Shown here one piece after another: positions 10,023 to 19,197 of a stretch of 64,000 nucleotides of DNA. Source of the DNA: Candidatus Kapaibacterium sp. (GTDB lineage: Bacteria; Bacteroidota; Ignavibacteria; Kapaibacteriales; UBA2268); NCBI GenBank assembly GCA_963665665.1, contig OY762428.1:3520001-3584000 (forward strand). The letters run 5' to 3'. The notes under the pieces are model-generated. The model made no database searches. It saw only the letters and a list, made by a program, of their open reading frames with translations, and was not told where the DNA came from. Position 1 is the stretch's first letter. Each line of letters starts with the position of its first letter. The translations under genes and the position numbers were made by a program.

Positions 10023-10652
10023 AATGCCAAACAAGCAATCAATAAGGCGGAACAAGCAATCAATAAGGCGGAACAAGACATCAATGAAGCAGAACAAGCG
10101 AGCAATGAAGCAGAACAAGCGAGCAATGAAGCAGAACAAGACAGCAATAAGGCAGAACAAGCAATCAATAAGGCAGAACAAGACATCAATAAGGCGGAAC
10201 AAGACATCAATAAGGCAAGACAAGCAATCAATGAGGCGGAACAAGCAATCAATAAGGCGGAACAAGACATCAATGAAGCAGAACAAGCAATCAATGAAGC
10301 GGAACAAGACAGCAGTAAGGCGGAACAAGCAATCAATGAGGCGGAACAAGCGAGCAATGAAGCGGAACAAGCAATCAATGAGGCCAAACAAGCAATCAAT
10401 GAGGCCAAACAAGTAATCAATGAAGCAGAACAAGCCGTCAATGAGGCGGAACAAGCAATCAATGAAGCGGAACAAGCAATCAATGAAGCGGAACAAGACA
10501 TCAATAAGGCAAGACAAGCCGTCAATAAGGCGGAACAAGCCGTCAATAAGGCGGAATAAGCAATCAATGAAGCAGAACAAGCCGTCAATGAGGCGGAACA
10601 TTGCTGCAATAGCTTCGGCCAAGGCAACAATATATTCAACCATCGGGGCTTT
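10023..10652 (-). repeat. 21-bp tandem array, 30 units, minus-strand consensus ~ATTGATTGCTTGTTCCGCCTY
   Basis: Plus-strand units such as aaggcggaacaagcaatcaat; 630 bp = 30 x 21; shares the ATTG.....TTGTTC core with the left array in inverted orientation. Confidence 0.92.
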
Positions 10653-11047
10653 GCTTTCGACCCCTCCTACCTTCCTCCGGCTCCCTACTTCGGAAGGAGG
10701 TGGAGTTAATTCTATGATGTTTAACTTCTTATACCCTCCCGATGTAGGAGGGGTGCCCGAAGGACTGGAGTGGAAAACAACTCGAAGATACCTAACAATA
10801 AAAATGGATGCTCTTGTAAACAGATTTCCGGACGGGGTTTGAAAGCATAGAATTACCTGGAAATCCTCCCCCGGCCTAACGGCCACCCCCTCAATGAGGG
10901 GAACATCAGAACAAAAACGGCACTGTCCACCGCCGGCCCCGATATATTCCCGATAAATCGGGACAGGCCGGGGTGTTTTTCTTTTCTTTCTTTTGGAACC
11001 TTGCATCTTTATCCACGAGATAGAGCATGTGGCTATTGAATTTGACG
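10653..11047 (-). repeat. REP-like palindromic head of the right arm of the foldback element
   Basis: Reverse complement aligns to 8584-8767 (cgtcaaattcaatagcc...tctcgtggataaa; aagaagttaaacatcatagaattaactcc.cctccttccgaag), with extra hairpins inserted. Confidence 0.82.
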
Positions 11048-11211
11048 AGGGTTGGGGTGCATTTCATCCTTAAGCTGAGCTTTATAATTCCAATGTTGAA
11101 CTTTGTAGGAAATAATCAATCCCAATTATAACTTGGAAGGAGGGAAAAAGATTATAATCAAGATCATTTCGCATTTATCCCAAAAAAATTTTGAAATAAT
11201 AAAAAAAATGA

Positions 11212-11240
11212 GGAACTTTTTGAATCAGTTGTGACTCTTA
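11212..11240 (+). promoter_or_regulatory. Possible autoregulatory ECF-type promoter
   Basis: GGAACTT-N16/17-(C)TCTTA about 30 nt upstream of the ECF sigma ATG, resembling the sigmaE-class consensus. Confidence 0.4.
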
Positions 11241-11268
11241 TTATGGAGAGAACAAAATAAGGTTTGAA

Positions 11269-11850
11269 ATGGGTAATGAAAATCAACAGGAAGTTTTCCT
11301 TGGTTTGCTTGAAAATGTGAACGACGACCTCGGCAGGTTCGCGGAAGCTATGACCGGAGATTACGATGAAGCAAAGGATATTGTCGGCGAGACAATCCTT
11401 CGCGCCTACGAATCTTTCGGGAAGATACGCGACCACGGGGCGTTCAAAAGCTACCTGTTTTCGATAGCCTCACGCCTTTTTAAACGAAAGAAACGAAGGC
11501 TGAAAATATTCGGAGAATACAACGAGGATGCCGCCGCCGAGATACCGGCCACAGGCGCTTCGCCGGAAACGGAAACAGATATAAAGTTCCTTTACAGCAT
11601 ACTTGGCCGCCTGCCGGCAAAGCAAAAGGAAGCTGTGATATTGTTCGAAATATCCGGTTTCCAGCTTGAAGAGATCAGGCAAATCCAGGGTGGAACTCTA
11701 TCGGGAGTAAAATCCCGGCTCAGAAGGGCAAGGGAAAACCTTGCTGAAATGATTAAAGATGATGAAAGCAGGGCTGAAGAGTCCGGAGCTTTCGGAAAAA
11801 GGAAAAACGGTACCGCTTATCCATTGCCGCATAGGGAAGTAACCGGTTAA
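11269..11850 (+). CDS. ECF RNA polymerase sigma-70 factor
   Basis: Region 2 EAKDIVGETILRAY...FKSYLFSIA; region 4 LPAKQKEAVILFEISGFQLEEI...GVKSRLRRAR. Confidence 0.93.
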   Translation: MGNENQQEVFLGLLENVNDDLGRFAEAMTGDYDEAKDIVGETILRAYESFGKIRDHGAFKSYLFSIASRLFKRKKRRLKIFGEYNEDAAAEIPATGASPETETDIKFLYSILGRLPAKQKEAVILFEISGFQLEEIRQIQGGTLSGVKSRLRRARENLAEMIKDDESRAEESGAFGKRKNGTAYPLPHREVTG

Positions 11851-11899
11851 TTTCCCACGGCACGAAGCAATTTATGCTTTTTTTTGAAGGACATGAACG

Positions 11900-13660
11900 A
11901 TGAAAGACACACGAACCCGTCTCGATGAACTTTTCGGAAAGGCTAAGAGCAGAAAATCTGTTGTAAGCCTGGACGAAGCCCGCGATATAATTTCGGGCAA
12001 ACATAATACTGTTACAACTGATAAACCCAAAATGGGAGGAATTAAAATGAATTACCTACTAACGGCAATTGGTACCGTGGCGGCAGCCGGAATTATATCC
12101 GTCGCTACAATTTTTAATAATCCGAATGATGCCGGAACTCAGAACGCCCCGGTTGTTAATGAAAAAACTGATATTGTTGCCGAGACAAATATCAATAGTA
12201 GTAATGATGATAATAGTCCGGTAATTGAAAACCAGACTTTTGTTGCAACTGAAGATAATAATGCGCCTGAACCTGAAAGGATTTCAGAGAAAAATATCCA
12301 AACCCAAATGAACCGCAAGCCCGTGGACGTTAAGGGTGTCAACCTGATTACCTTAAATGACAATGAAATGAAAGAGTTCGGTCTTAATATCCAGAACGGT
12401 GTATTGAACTTCAGGTTTCTCCCGGTGGATGAAAGCGATCATTTCATGAAGTTGACAAAAGATGACCTGCAGGTTAATATTGGCGAAGAAAACGACTACC
12501 CGCTTTGCACACCGAAATTTATTACTGATAACAAAGGCAACCGCCGTTTCAGCCTGCTTACAAGCGAAGATGCCAACGGATACTTTGCAATGGTGGAATC
12601 GGACGAGGTTCAAAATATTAATATTGATCATGATAAATTGAATAATATCGATGCTGATATTGATATCGATATCGACAAAACTAATATTTTCATCCAGGAT
12701 TCTGACAATATTGAAACCAGCTTAAAGATTGAAATACTGGACAGCAACTTTACCGATAATAAAGAACTTCTTAAGAAGCTGAAAGAGGAGCATGGTATTG
12801 ATGTTGATAACATAATGTCAAAATCCTTTGTATCCGTGAAAGTCAATGACAGCCTGAATGCCCGGGGAAAGATGAATTCCCAGGTATATGTAATGGAAGG
12901 GAAAGATATTCCAAATTTTGCCAATAAAATTGTTGTTGATATCAGGCAAAAATTGATGGAAGAAATGGACGGAGCAGTTGTTATATCCAACGACAGCGTT
13001 GTCCAGGTAAGTGAAAAACAGATAATTGCTTCTTTTTCGGAGAAATACCCGACACTTGATTCTGCATTCGACGGCATGGGCAACGAGCTGACAAAGAAAA
13101 TCATGATAGACCTGAATGACAAAATATTCGATAATAATGTTGAAATGGACGAGCTTATCAGGATAAACAAACTTATTCCCGTAGCAATCGATCTTGATAA
13201 AACGGATGATATTGAATTTGACTATATTTTCTGGTTCGATCCTACAGCTGATATTATAAACAAACTGCCGGAAGATGTACAGGCAAGGCTGGAACCGGAG
13301 CTGTTAGCGCTCAGCGAAACAAGCAGCATTTGCGAGGCTGCTGCTATTGCAGGCGAAGACAGCTACTTAGATGTATGGCGCGCATGCAGCGGATCTATCG
13401 AAAACCTTAAGGTATATCCCAACCCTACAAGTGGCAAAGTAAACCTTAATTATGAATTGATAGACAAGAGAAATGTGACTGTTTCACTGCATGATATGTT
13501 TGGAAATAAAATTAAGACATTGCAGAATTCTGCTGCTACAAATATGGGCGAGATTAATAAGGAGTTTGTTCTTGACGGGCTGGAAGCAGGTATGTACCTG
13601 ATAGTTGTTCAGACTGATAAGGACGAACAGGCGGTTCAAAGAGTAATTTTACGAAAATAG
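11900..13660 (+). CDS. Putative single-pass anti-sigma factor with C-terminal T9SS (Por) sorting domain
   Basis: About 50 aa N-terminal segment (RLDELFGKAK), TM helix YLLTAIGTVAAAGIISVATIF, acidic linker, C-terminal VYPNPTSG...VSLHDMFG...GMYLIVV...QRVILRK. Confidence 0.75.
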   Translation: MKDTRTRLDELFGKAKSRKSVVSLDEARDIISGKHNTVTTDKPKMGGIKMNYLLTAIGTVAAAGIISVATIFNNPNDAGTQNAPVVNEKTDIVAETNINSSNDDNSPVIENQTFVATEDNNAPEPERISEKNIQTQMNRKPVDVKGVNLITLNDNEMKEFGLNIQNGVLNFRFLPVDESDHFMKLTKDDLQVNIGEENDYPLCTPKFITDNKGNRRFSLLTSEDANGYFAMVESDEVQNINIDHDKLNNIDADIDIDIDKTNIFIQDSDNIETSLKIEILDSNFTDNKELLKKLKEEHGIDVDNIMSKSFVSVKVNDSLNARGKMNSQVYVMEGKDIPNFANKIVVDIRQKLMEEMDGAVVISNDSVVQVSEKQIIASFSEKYPTLDSAFDGMGNELTKKIMIDLNDKIFDNNVEMDELIRINKLIPVAIDLDKTDDIEFDYIFWFDPTADIINKLPEDVQARLEPELLALSETSSICEAAAIAGEDSYLDVWRACSGSIENLKVYPNPTSGKVNLNYELIDKRNVTVSLHDMFGNKIKTLQNSAATNMGEINKEFVLDGLEAGMYLIVVQTDKDEQAVQRVILRK

Positions 13661-13685
13661 ACAGAACTTGTTCTCTCATTTTCTT

Positions 13686-13720
13686 CCTGTCGGGTTTTAT
13701 ATTCGGCAGGATTTTTTTTG
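13686..13720 (+). terminator. Intrinsic terminator of the ECF operon
   Basis: cctgtcggg...ttcggcagg followed by a T8 run. Confidence 0.7.
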
Positions 13721-13958
13721 CCTTTTTGGATAGACGTGGTGCAACTGGCTATTCAAGTTTATATTTATTCGATGGATAATAAAATTGCCGAAACGGGTTT
13801 GCCACATAAGGAGTAAGCTCGATATTGCATGGATAAATTTTCAGGAAAAAAGAATATTGAAAAAGAAAAAATACTTTCCCTGATTACAATTTTTTATTTT
13901 ATTAGTTGTTATTTAAAAAGAACTATTAATAAATTTTATTAATCATTTTGTGATATTT

Positions 13959-14186
13959 ATGAAAATTCTGCAGGTTAAAATACCGGATCGCCTCGAAATA
14001 AATGAAGATGACATATCGATGCTGATAGCAGCGAAATTATACGAAGATGCAAAAATATCTGCCGGCGAGGCGGCGGAAATAGCAGGACTTTCTAAAAGAG
14101 CATTTATCGAATTGCTCGGCAGGTACGGTGTTTCTGTTTTCAGTAGTTCTGTTTCTGACCTTTATGAAGACATTTCAAATGCATAG
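13959..14186 (+). CDS. UPF0175 family putative antitoxin
   Basis: AAKLYEDAKISAGEAAEIAGLSKRAFIELLGRYGV HTH signature. Confidence 0.88.
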   Translation: MKILQVKIPDRLEINEDDISMLIAAKLYEDAKISAGEAAEIAGLSKRAFIELLGRYGVSVFSSSVSDLYEDISNA

Positions 14187-14238
14187 AATTGTAATTTCAG
14201 ATACCAGCACATTAATAATTTTCCAATTTTTTTTTTAA
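14179..14238 (+). pseudogene. Truncated DUF3368/PIN toxin remnant
   Basis: ATG overlapping the antitoxin end gives MHRIVISDTSTLIIFQFFF*. IVISDTS resembles the N-terminus of DUF3368 PIN partners of UPF0175; it stops at a T10 run. Confidence 0.7.
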
Positions 14239-14457
14239 AACAGCTATAGTTTTCTTATCCATTCAAGCCGCTGGACATCTTGCCCGCAATAAATGAACCA
14301 GGCCCGCCAAATCTATGATTGAAACACCCCCCGTAAACTGCGGAATGAGAATGAATCAACATAAAATTTATGCAGAAAAGGATTGAAAAGAAAGAAAGTT
14401 AAATTCTTTTTATTAGTTTTGTATAAAAGGAGAAACATTTATCAATAAGGAAAAGTT

Positions 14458-15936
14458 ATGAGAAAATATATTATCACAATAATTATTATAGTAATTTCAA
14501 CAGGCAATATCGGCCTGTCTTCCGAATGGAAGGCTGTTGCTCATAGGGTACATCCTGATGTTTTAAACTTAATAACTAACAGATCCGGTGAATTGTTTTA
14601 TGCAGCACAGATTGCAGATGACTTGGGTAACGATATTTATTGTTACAATACAATGCTATATCACTCTTCAGATGCGGGATATACCTGGGATGAGTTTCTA
14701 AGAATTCCGACAAAGGTTTTTGGAGGGGATACAAATGTTGTCTTTGATGGATATTCTAGCTCATTATTTTTTAATCCTTTTAAATCTCAGATGGTTGAAG
14801 ATAGTATAATCTATATTTTTCTAAAGTATGAAAGATATTTCTTAAAAAGTAAAGATACCGGAAAAACCTGGAATGCTTATGAAATGCCTGGGCTATACAA
14901 CCTGTTTCAAAGGGATATGATTATTTTAATTGATATGTTTGATGAAAATATTGGATCTGCCAAAGTATATAATGACACAGCGGGTACACATTTGATCCTT
15001 ACCGAAGACCAATGGGAGACTGTTGAATTAATGCCTTTTCCCGGAACAAATGAAAAAATGATTTATTATAGTTATTCTCGTCCTGAAAAAGATGTATTCT
15101 ATTTTTCATGTCGAGACTGGGCTGTCCATGATAGTAATGACAATTATGAAAGCGATCCCAACTTTTACTATTTATCCAAAACAACTGACAGGGGAGAAAC
15201 ATGGGCGGAATACAAGAACAATCATTATGTTCTTGATCTTGAAATAACAATGGCAGACAAAAATAAAGGATATATGTACGGAGGCCAGTTAGACTCTGTT
15301 TATACCGAATCTCCCTTCTTAGTAAATGTTATATACCAAACCCTTGACGGCGGGGAAAGCTGGCAAAGAATATTAAATGTTCGGGACAGCGCACAGGGTA
15401 TAAAGGAATTAGTATATATTGACAGCCTGAATATGATAGCAAGCAGTCGTTATTCAAGAAGAACCCAGTCTCCAAGCCCGTTTTGTTTTTATCATACCTA
15501 CGACGGTGGCAAGACATGGGAGAGGAAATTTATGGAAGATTCAACATTCGGTAGTTCAGTTGGTTCTCCCCGCAATCTTGTCGTAGCCAATAAAGATGAA
15601 GCATATTGTAAGATGATGTGGAATATATTTGCCTACACGGACAGGGAAGTTGGAGTTGATGAAACTATTGGCAATGAAGAGCCTTTGTTACAGATCAGCC
15701 CTAATCCGGTCAGGCGCGGAGAGGGAGCCGTATTGTCTTACTCCGGAATCGGCATGGAGCCTGTTGACGTAAGCGTGTATGATCTTAGCGGCAGGCAGGT
15801 CGACAGTTTCCAAATACGCCATCCCGAATGGGGCGAAGCCGTTTATATGCTTCCCGGCAACATCGGCAGCGGAGTTTACATTGTGCATTTTAACGTAAAT
15901 AATAAGAATCTGTCGGCTAAGCTGGTGGTTGAATGA
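14458..15936 (+). CDS. T9SS-secreted BNR/Asp-box (YCF48-like) beta-propeller protein, paralog A1
   Basis: Signal peptide; repeats SSDAGYTW, SKDTGKTW, TTDRGETW, TLDGGESW, TYDGGKTW; CTD ISPNP...YDLSGR...GVYIV...KLVVE. Confidence 0.85.
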   Translation: MRKYIITIIIIVISTGNIGLSSEWKAVAHRVHPDVLNLITNRSGELFYAAQIADDLGNDIYCYNTMLYHSSDAGYTWDEFLRIPTKVFGGDTNVVFDGYSSSLFFNPFKSQMVEDSIIYIFLKYERYFLKSKDTGKTWNAYEMPGLYNLFQRDMIILIDMFDENIGSAKVYNDTAGTHLILTEDQWETVELMPFPGTNEKMIYYSYSRPEKDVFYFSCRDWAVHDSNDNYESDPNFYYLSKTTDRGETWAEYKNNHYVLDLEITMADKNKGYMYGGQLDSVYTESPFLVNVIYQTLDGGESWQRILNVRDSAQGIKELVYIDSLNMIASSRYSRRTQSPSPFCFYHTYDGGKTWERKFMEDSTFGSSVGSPRNLVVANKDEAYCKMMWNIFAYTDREVGVDETIGNEEPLLQISPNPVRRGEGAVLSYSGIGMEPVDVSVYDLSGRQVDSFQIRHPEWGEAVYMLPGNIGSGVYIVHFNVNNKNLSAKLVVE

Positions 15937-15957
15937 TTGATTCATTAAGGAAAAGTT

Positions 15958-17451
15958 ATGAGAAAATATTTGATACTGATAATACTATTTGTTTTCACAA
16001 TCGCCGACGCCGGGCAGTGGAAAATTACAAGTAATATGCACCCCATGGACTACTATACACTGAGATTAGACAAACAGGGTATTCCATACTTTTTCCATTC
16101 CTATGGGCGCAGTGACGGATATTCGATAAAAGGGTATTCAGAACTGATGAGATCAACGGATAAAGGCCAATCATGGGAATCCTTTTTCAATATTGAGTGG
16201 ACCAAGAGAGATAGTATTCAGGGATATAATACTGAACACTTTCATGATGTAATACAGTTTGAGGCAATTACTGACAGTGCTTTCTTTTTGTTTTTTGATA
16301 AAACGGTTCTATTCATGAAGAGTGCTGATAGAGGAGAAAACTGGAATATTCTTGTCAGAGCCGATACCGGAAAAAGAGAAGCAGGTGATTTTTCTTGTGG
16401 TTCAATTATTGGGCCAATGATGTTTAGTGAAAATGTTGGCTATTTTAATTATATTGATCAAACAAAAATATATTTTACTTATGACGGTTGGAAAACAATT
16501 GAGAAAATCCCTTTCCCGAAAGATAGCACTGTTGTCTATTCAAGCCAATGGGTCGAAGGTGATGTTCAGTTTTTTAACAGGGCAAATCTTCAAAAGTATC
16601 CCAATATTTGGGACAGGTACAAATATGCTGATTTTCACACTATACTTAAGACAACAGACAGAGGCCAAACCTGGACAGAGTATGAAAACTCGGACAGCGT
16701 TCTGGCATCAAGAATAAAATTTATAAACAAGAACCTTGGCTTTAAATATGGCAATAAATATGACCCCGATTATCCGGAATCTGAATACAAAGTAAATGTG
16801 ATTTACAGGACAACTGATGGCGGAGAAAGCTGGGATAATATCCTGTTTAAACGGGATAGTTCCCTGACAACAGGAGACGGTATCAGATATTTTGTATATA
16901 TAGACAGCCTGAATTATGTTGCCACACCCTGTAATACTTTCAAGCATAATGCTCCTGAAACCGGTTATCATATTTTCTATCATACAAGTGATGCAGGTGA
17001 AACCTGGACAACTGAATATTTTAACGAAAACATCAGCGACGGCAGCTATGAAGAGATAAAGGACAGGGCAAAAATATCCATGCTTAGGGCATCAAGCCCT
17101 GAAACAATGTATTGCCAGATTAAAAAATGGTGTGCCAGGTATTTCCCTGATGGCGTTGGTGTTGAAGAAATGACGGTGCCCGATAACTATACAGATATTC
17201 AGATATATCCAAGCCCGGCATTGCCGGGAAGCAGCGTAAATCTCTTTCCGGGAGCCAAAGTAAAGGGCAGTTTCACGGCAGAATTATATAATATACGAAG
17301 TGAAATGGTCAGCCGGATAGTTTATGATGACTACCTTGATGGCAGCGTATTGTTCAAAATACCGGCATCTATTCCTGCAGGAGTTTATATCCTTGGTATT
17401 TTGGATAAAGAAGGCAATTTCAAGGGCAGGCCATTAGTGGTTGGGGAATAG
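15958..17451 (+). CDS. T9SS-secreted BNR/Asp-box beta-propeller protein, paralog B1
   Basis: Repeats STDKGQSW, SADRGENW, TTDRGQTW, TTDGGESW, TSDAGETW; CTD IYPSP...AGVYIL...PLVV. Confidence 0.85.
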   Translation: MRKYLILIILFVFTIADAGQWKITSNMHPMDYYTLRLDKQGIPYFFHSYGRSDGYSIKGYSELMRSTDKGQSWESFFNIEWTKRDSIQGYNTEHFHDVIQFEAITDSAFFLFFDKTVLFMKSADRGENWNILVRADTGKREAGDFSCGSIIGPMMFSENVGYFNYIDQTKIYFTYDGWKTIEKIPFPKDSTVVYSSQWVEGDVQFFNRANLQKYPNIWDRYKYADFHTILKTTDRGQTWTEYENSDSVLASRIKFINKNLGFKYGNKYDPDYPESEYKVNVIYRTTDGGESWDNILFKRDSSLTTGDGIRYFVYIDSLNYVATPCNTFKHNAPETGYHIFYHTSDAGETWTTEYFNENISDGSYEEIKDRAKISMLRASSPETMYCQIKKWCARYFPDGVGVEEMTVPDNYTDIQIYPSPALPGSSVNLFPGAKVKGSFTAELYNIRSEMVSRIVYDDYLDGSVLFKIPASIPAGVYILGILDKEGNFKGRPLVVGE

Positions 17452-17462
17452 TTAATTAGTTA

Positions 17463-17520
17463 CGACCCCTCCTTCGGATCCCGACAAGCCGGGACAGGGC
17501 AGGTTTGGGGAGGTCAGAGA
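17463..17520 (+). repeat. REP-like hairpin carrying a nested ~21-bp mini-palindrome
   Basis: cccctccttcgga[tcccgacaagccgggacagggc]aggtttggggaggtcagag; compare the empty form at 19114-19149. Confidence 0.75.
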
Positions 17521-17568
17521 TAAAAGTTGGTACTTTTGTTAATTTTTAATGTTCAATAAGGAAATGTT

Positions 17569-19047
17569 ATGAGAAAATATTTGATACTGATAATTTTAAT
17601 TCTAATTTCAACAGGCAATTTTGCCATGTCTTCAGAATGGAAGGCCACTAGCAAAAGGATACATTCCAAATTTTTAAACCTCGTAACAAATACAAACGGA
17701 GACTTATTTTATGCTTCAGAAATAATTGACAGAACTGAAACCGGAATATGTGATAATACAGTAATTTTTCATTCATCAGACGCAGGGCTGACATGGATCG
17801 AGAAAATAAGAATACCAACTTATACAATTCCTGGTGATACTAATACAACATTTGATGGATTTTCAGGAAGTAAATTTCATTCTCCCTTTAAATCTCAAAT
17901 TGTCAATGATAGTATAATATATATTTTCCTTGATCTTAATAATTTCATAATTAAAAGTAAAGATTTCGGAAAGACTTGGAATGCTTTTGAAAAACATGGA
18001 TTAAAAGATGTTTCTGTTAGTAGTGAGTTATTGATGATCGATATGTTGGATGAGAAAACCGGTTCAGCAAAAATTTATAGTGATTTAATTTTCACGCATA
18101 TGTATTTAACAGATGATGCCTGGGAGTCATTTGAATTAATGCCTTTTCCTGAAAACAGGGATAGCATGATATATTTTGGCTATAGCCGCCCGGAAAAAGA
18201 TGTATTCTATTTTTCATGCCGTAATTGGTGGGTATATGAACAAGATAAAGAAAATTATGAAAGCCGTCCCGAGTTTTACTATATATCCAAAACAACAGAC
18301 AGGGGAAAGACCTGGCAAGAATATGAGAACAATCATTATGTTCTTGATCTTGAAATAACAATGGCAGACAAAAATAAAGGATATATTTACGGAGGCCAGT
18401 TAGACTCTGTTTATACCGAATCACCATATTTAGTAAACGTTATATACCAAACACTTGACGGCGGGGAAAGCTGGCAAAGAATATTAAATGTTCGGGACAG
18501 CGCACAGGGTATTAACGAATTAGTATATATTGACAGCCTTAATATGATAGCAAGCAGTCGTTATTCAAGAAGGACCCAGTCTCCAAGTCCGTTTTGTTTT
18601 TATCATACCTACGACGGTGGCAAGACATGGGAGAGGAAATTTATGGAAGATTCAACATTCGGTAGTTCAGTTGGTTCTCCCCGCAATCTTGTCGTAGCCA
18701 ATAAGGATGAAGCATATTGTAAGATGATGTGGAATATATTTGCCTATACGGACAGGGAAGTTGGCGTTTATGAAACTATTGGCAATGAAGAGCCTTTGTT
18801 ACAGATCAGCCCTAATCCGGTCAGGCGCGGAGAGGGCGCCGTATTGTCTTACTCCGGAATCGGCATGGGGCCTGTTGACGTTAGCGTGTATGATCTTAGC
18901 GGCAGGCTGATTGATAATTTCCAAATACGCCATCCGGAATGGGGCGAAGCCGTTTATATGCTTCCCGGTAACATCGGCAGCGGCGTTTACATTGTGCATT
19001 TTAATTTTATGGGTAAGAATCTGTCAGCTAAGCTGGTGGTTGAATGA
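17569..19047 (+). CDS. T9SS-secreted BNR/Asp-box beta-propeller protein, paralog A2
   Basis: Same length as A1 (492 aa); C-terminal half nearly identical to A1, N-terminal half diverged. Confidence 0.85.
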   Translation: MRKYLILIILILISTGNFAMSSEWKATSKRIHSKFLNLVTNTNGDLFYASEIIDRTETGICDNTVIFHSSDAGLTWIEKIRIPTYTIPGDTNTTFDGFSGSKFHSPFKSQIVNDSIIYIFLDLNNFIIKSKDFGKTWNAFEKHGLKDVSVSSELLMIDMLDEKTGSAKIYSDLIFTHMYLTDDAWESFELMPFPENRDSMIYFGYSRPEKDVFYFSCRNWWVYEQDKENYESRPEFYYISKTTDRGKTWQEYENNHYVLDLEITMADKNKGYIYGGQLDSVYTESPYLVNVIYQTLDGGESWQRILNVRDSAQGINELVYIDSLNMIASSRYSRRTQSPSPFCFYHTYDGGKTWERKFMEDSTFGSSVGSPRNLVVANKDEAYCKMMWNIFAYTDREVGVYETIGNEEPLLQISPNPVRRGEGAVLSYSGIGMGPVDVSVYDLSGRLIDNFQIRHPEWGEAVYMLPGNIGSGVYIVHFNFMGKNLSAKLVVE

Positions 19048-19055
19048 TTAATTTC

Positions 19056-19149
19056 GACCCCTCCCAAACACACGTAAGGGGCCGCGCCTCCCAGAAGGGA
19101 GGGCTTTGCAGTAAGCCCCTCCTTCGGAGGGGTTTGGGGAGGTCAGAGA
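19056..19149 (+). repeat. REP-like doublet in the A2-B2 spacer
   Basis: gacccctcccaa...cctcccagaagggaggg...gcccctccttcggaggggtttggggaggtc; absent from the A1-B1 spacer. Confidence 0.75.
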
Positions 19150-19197
19150 TAAAAGTTGGTAACATTGTTAATTTTAAATTTTCATTAAGGAAAAGTT

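Noticed and set aside
8887-10842. Overlapping ORFs in the repeat arrays as real genes
   Set aside because: Several frames on both strands are open simply because the 21-nt unit lacks stops; homologous copies carry in-frame stops and lack convincing starts.
8611-11020. Chromosomal oriC call
   Set aside because: Only two 8/9 DnaA-box-like matches, both inside a repeated hairpin that recurs near 21990, and no dnaA/dnaN/gidA context; kept only as a hypothesis.
12630-12680. GATATC-like microrepeat
   Set aside because: It simply encodes the low-complexity IDADIDIDID linker.
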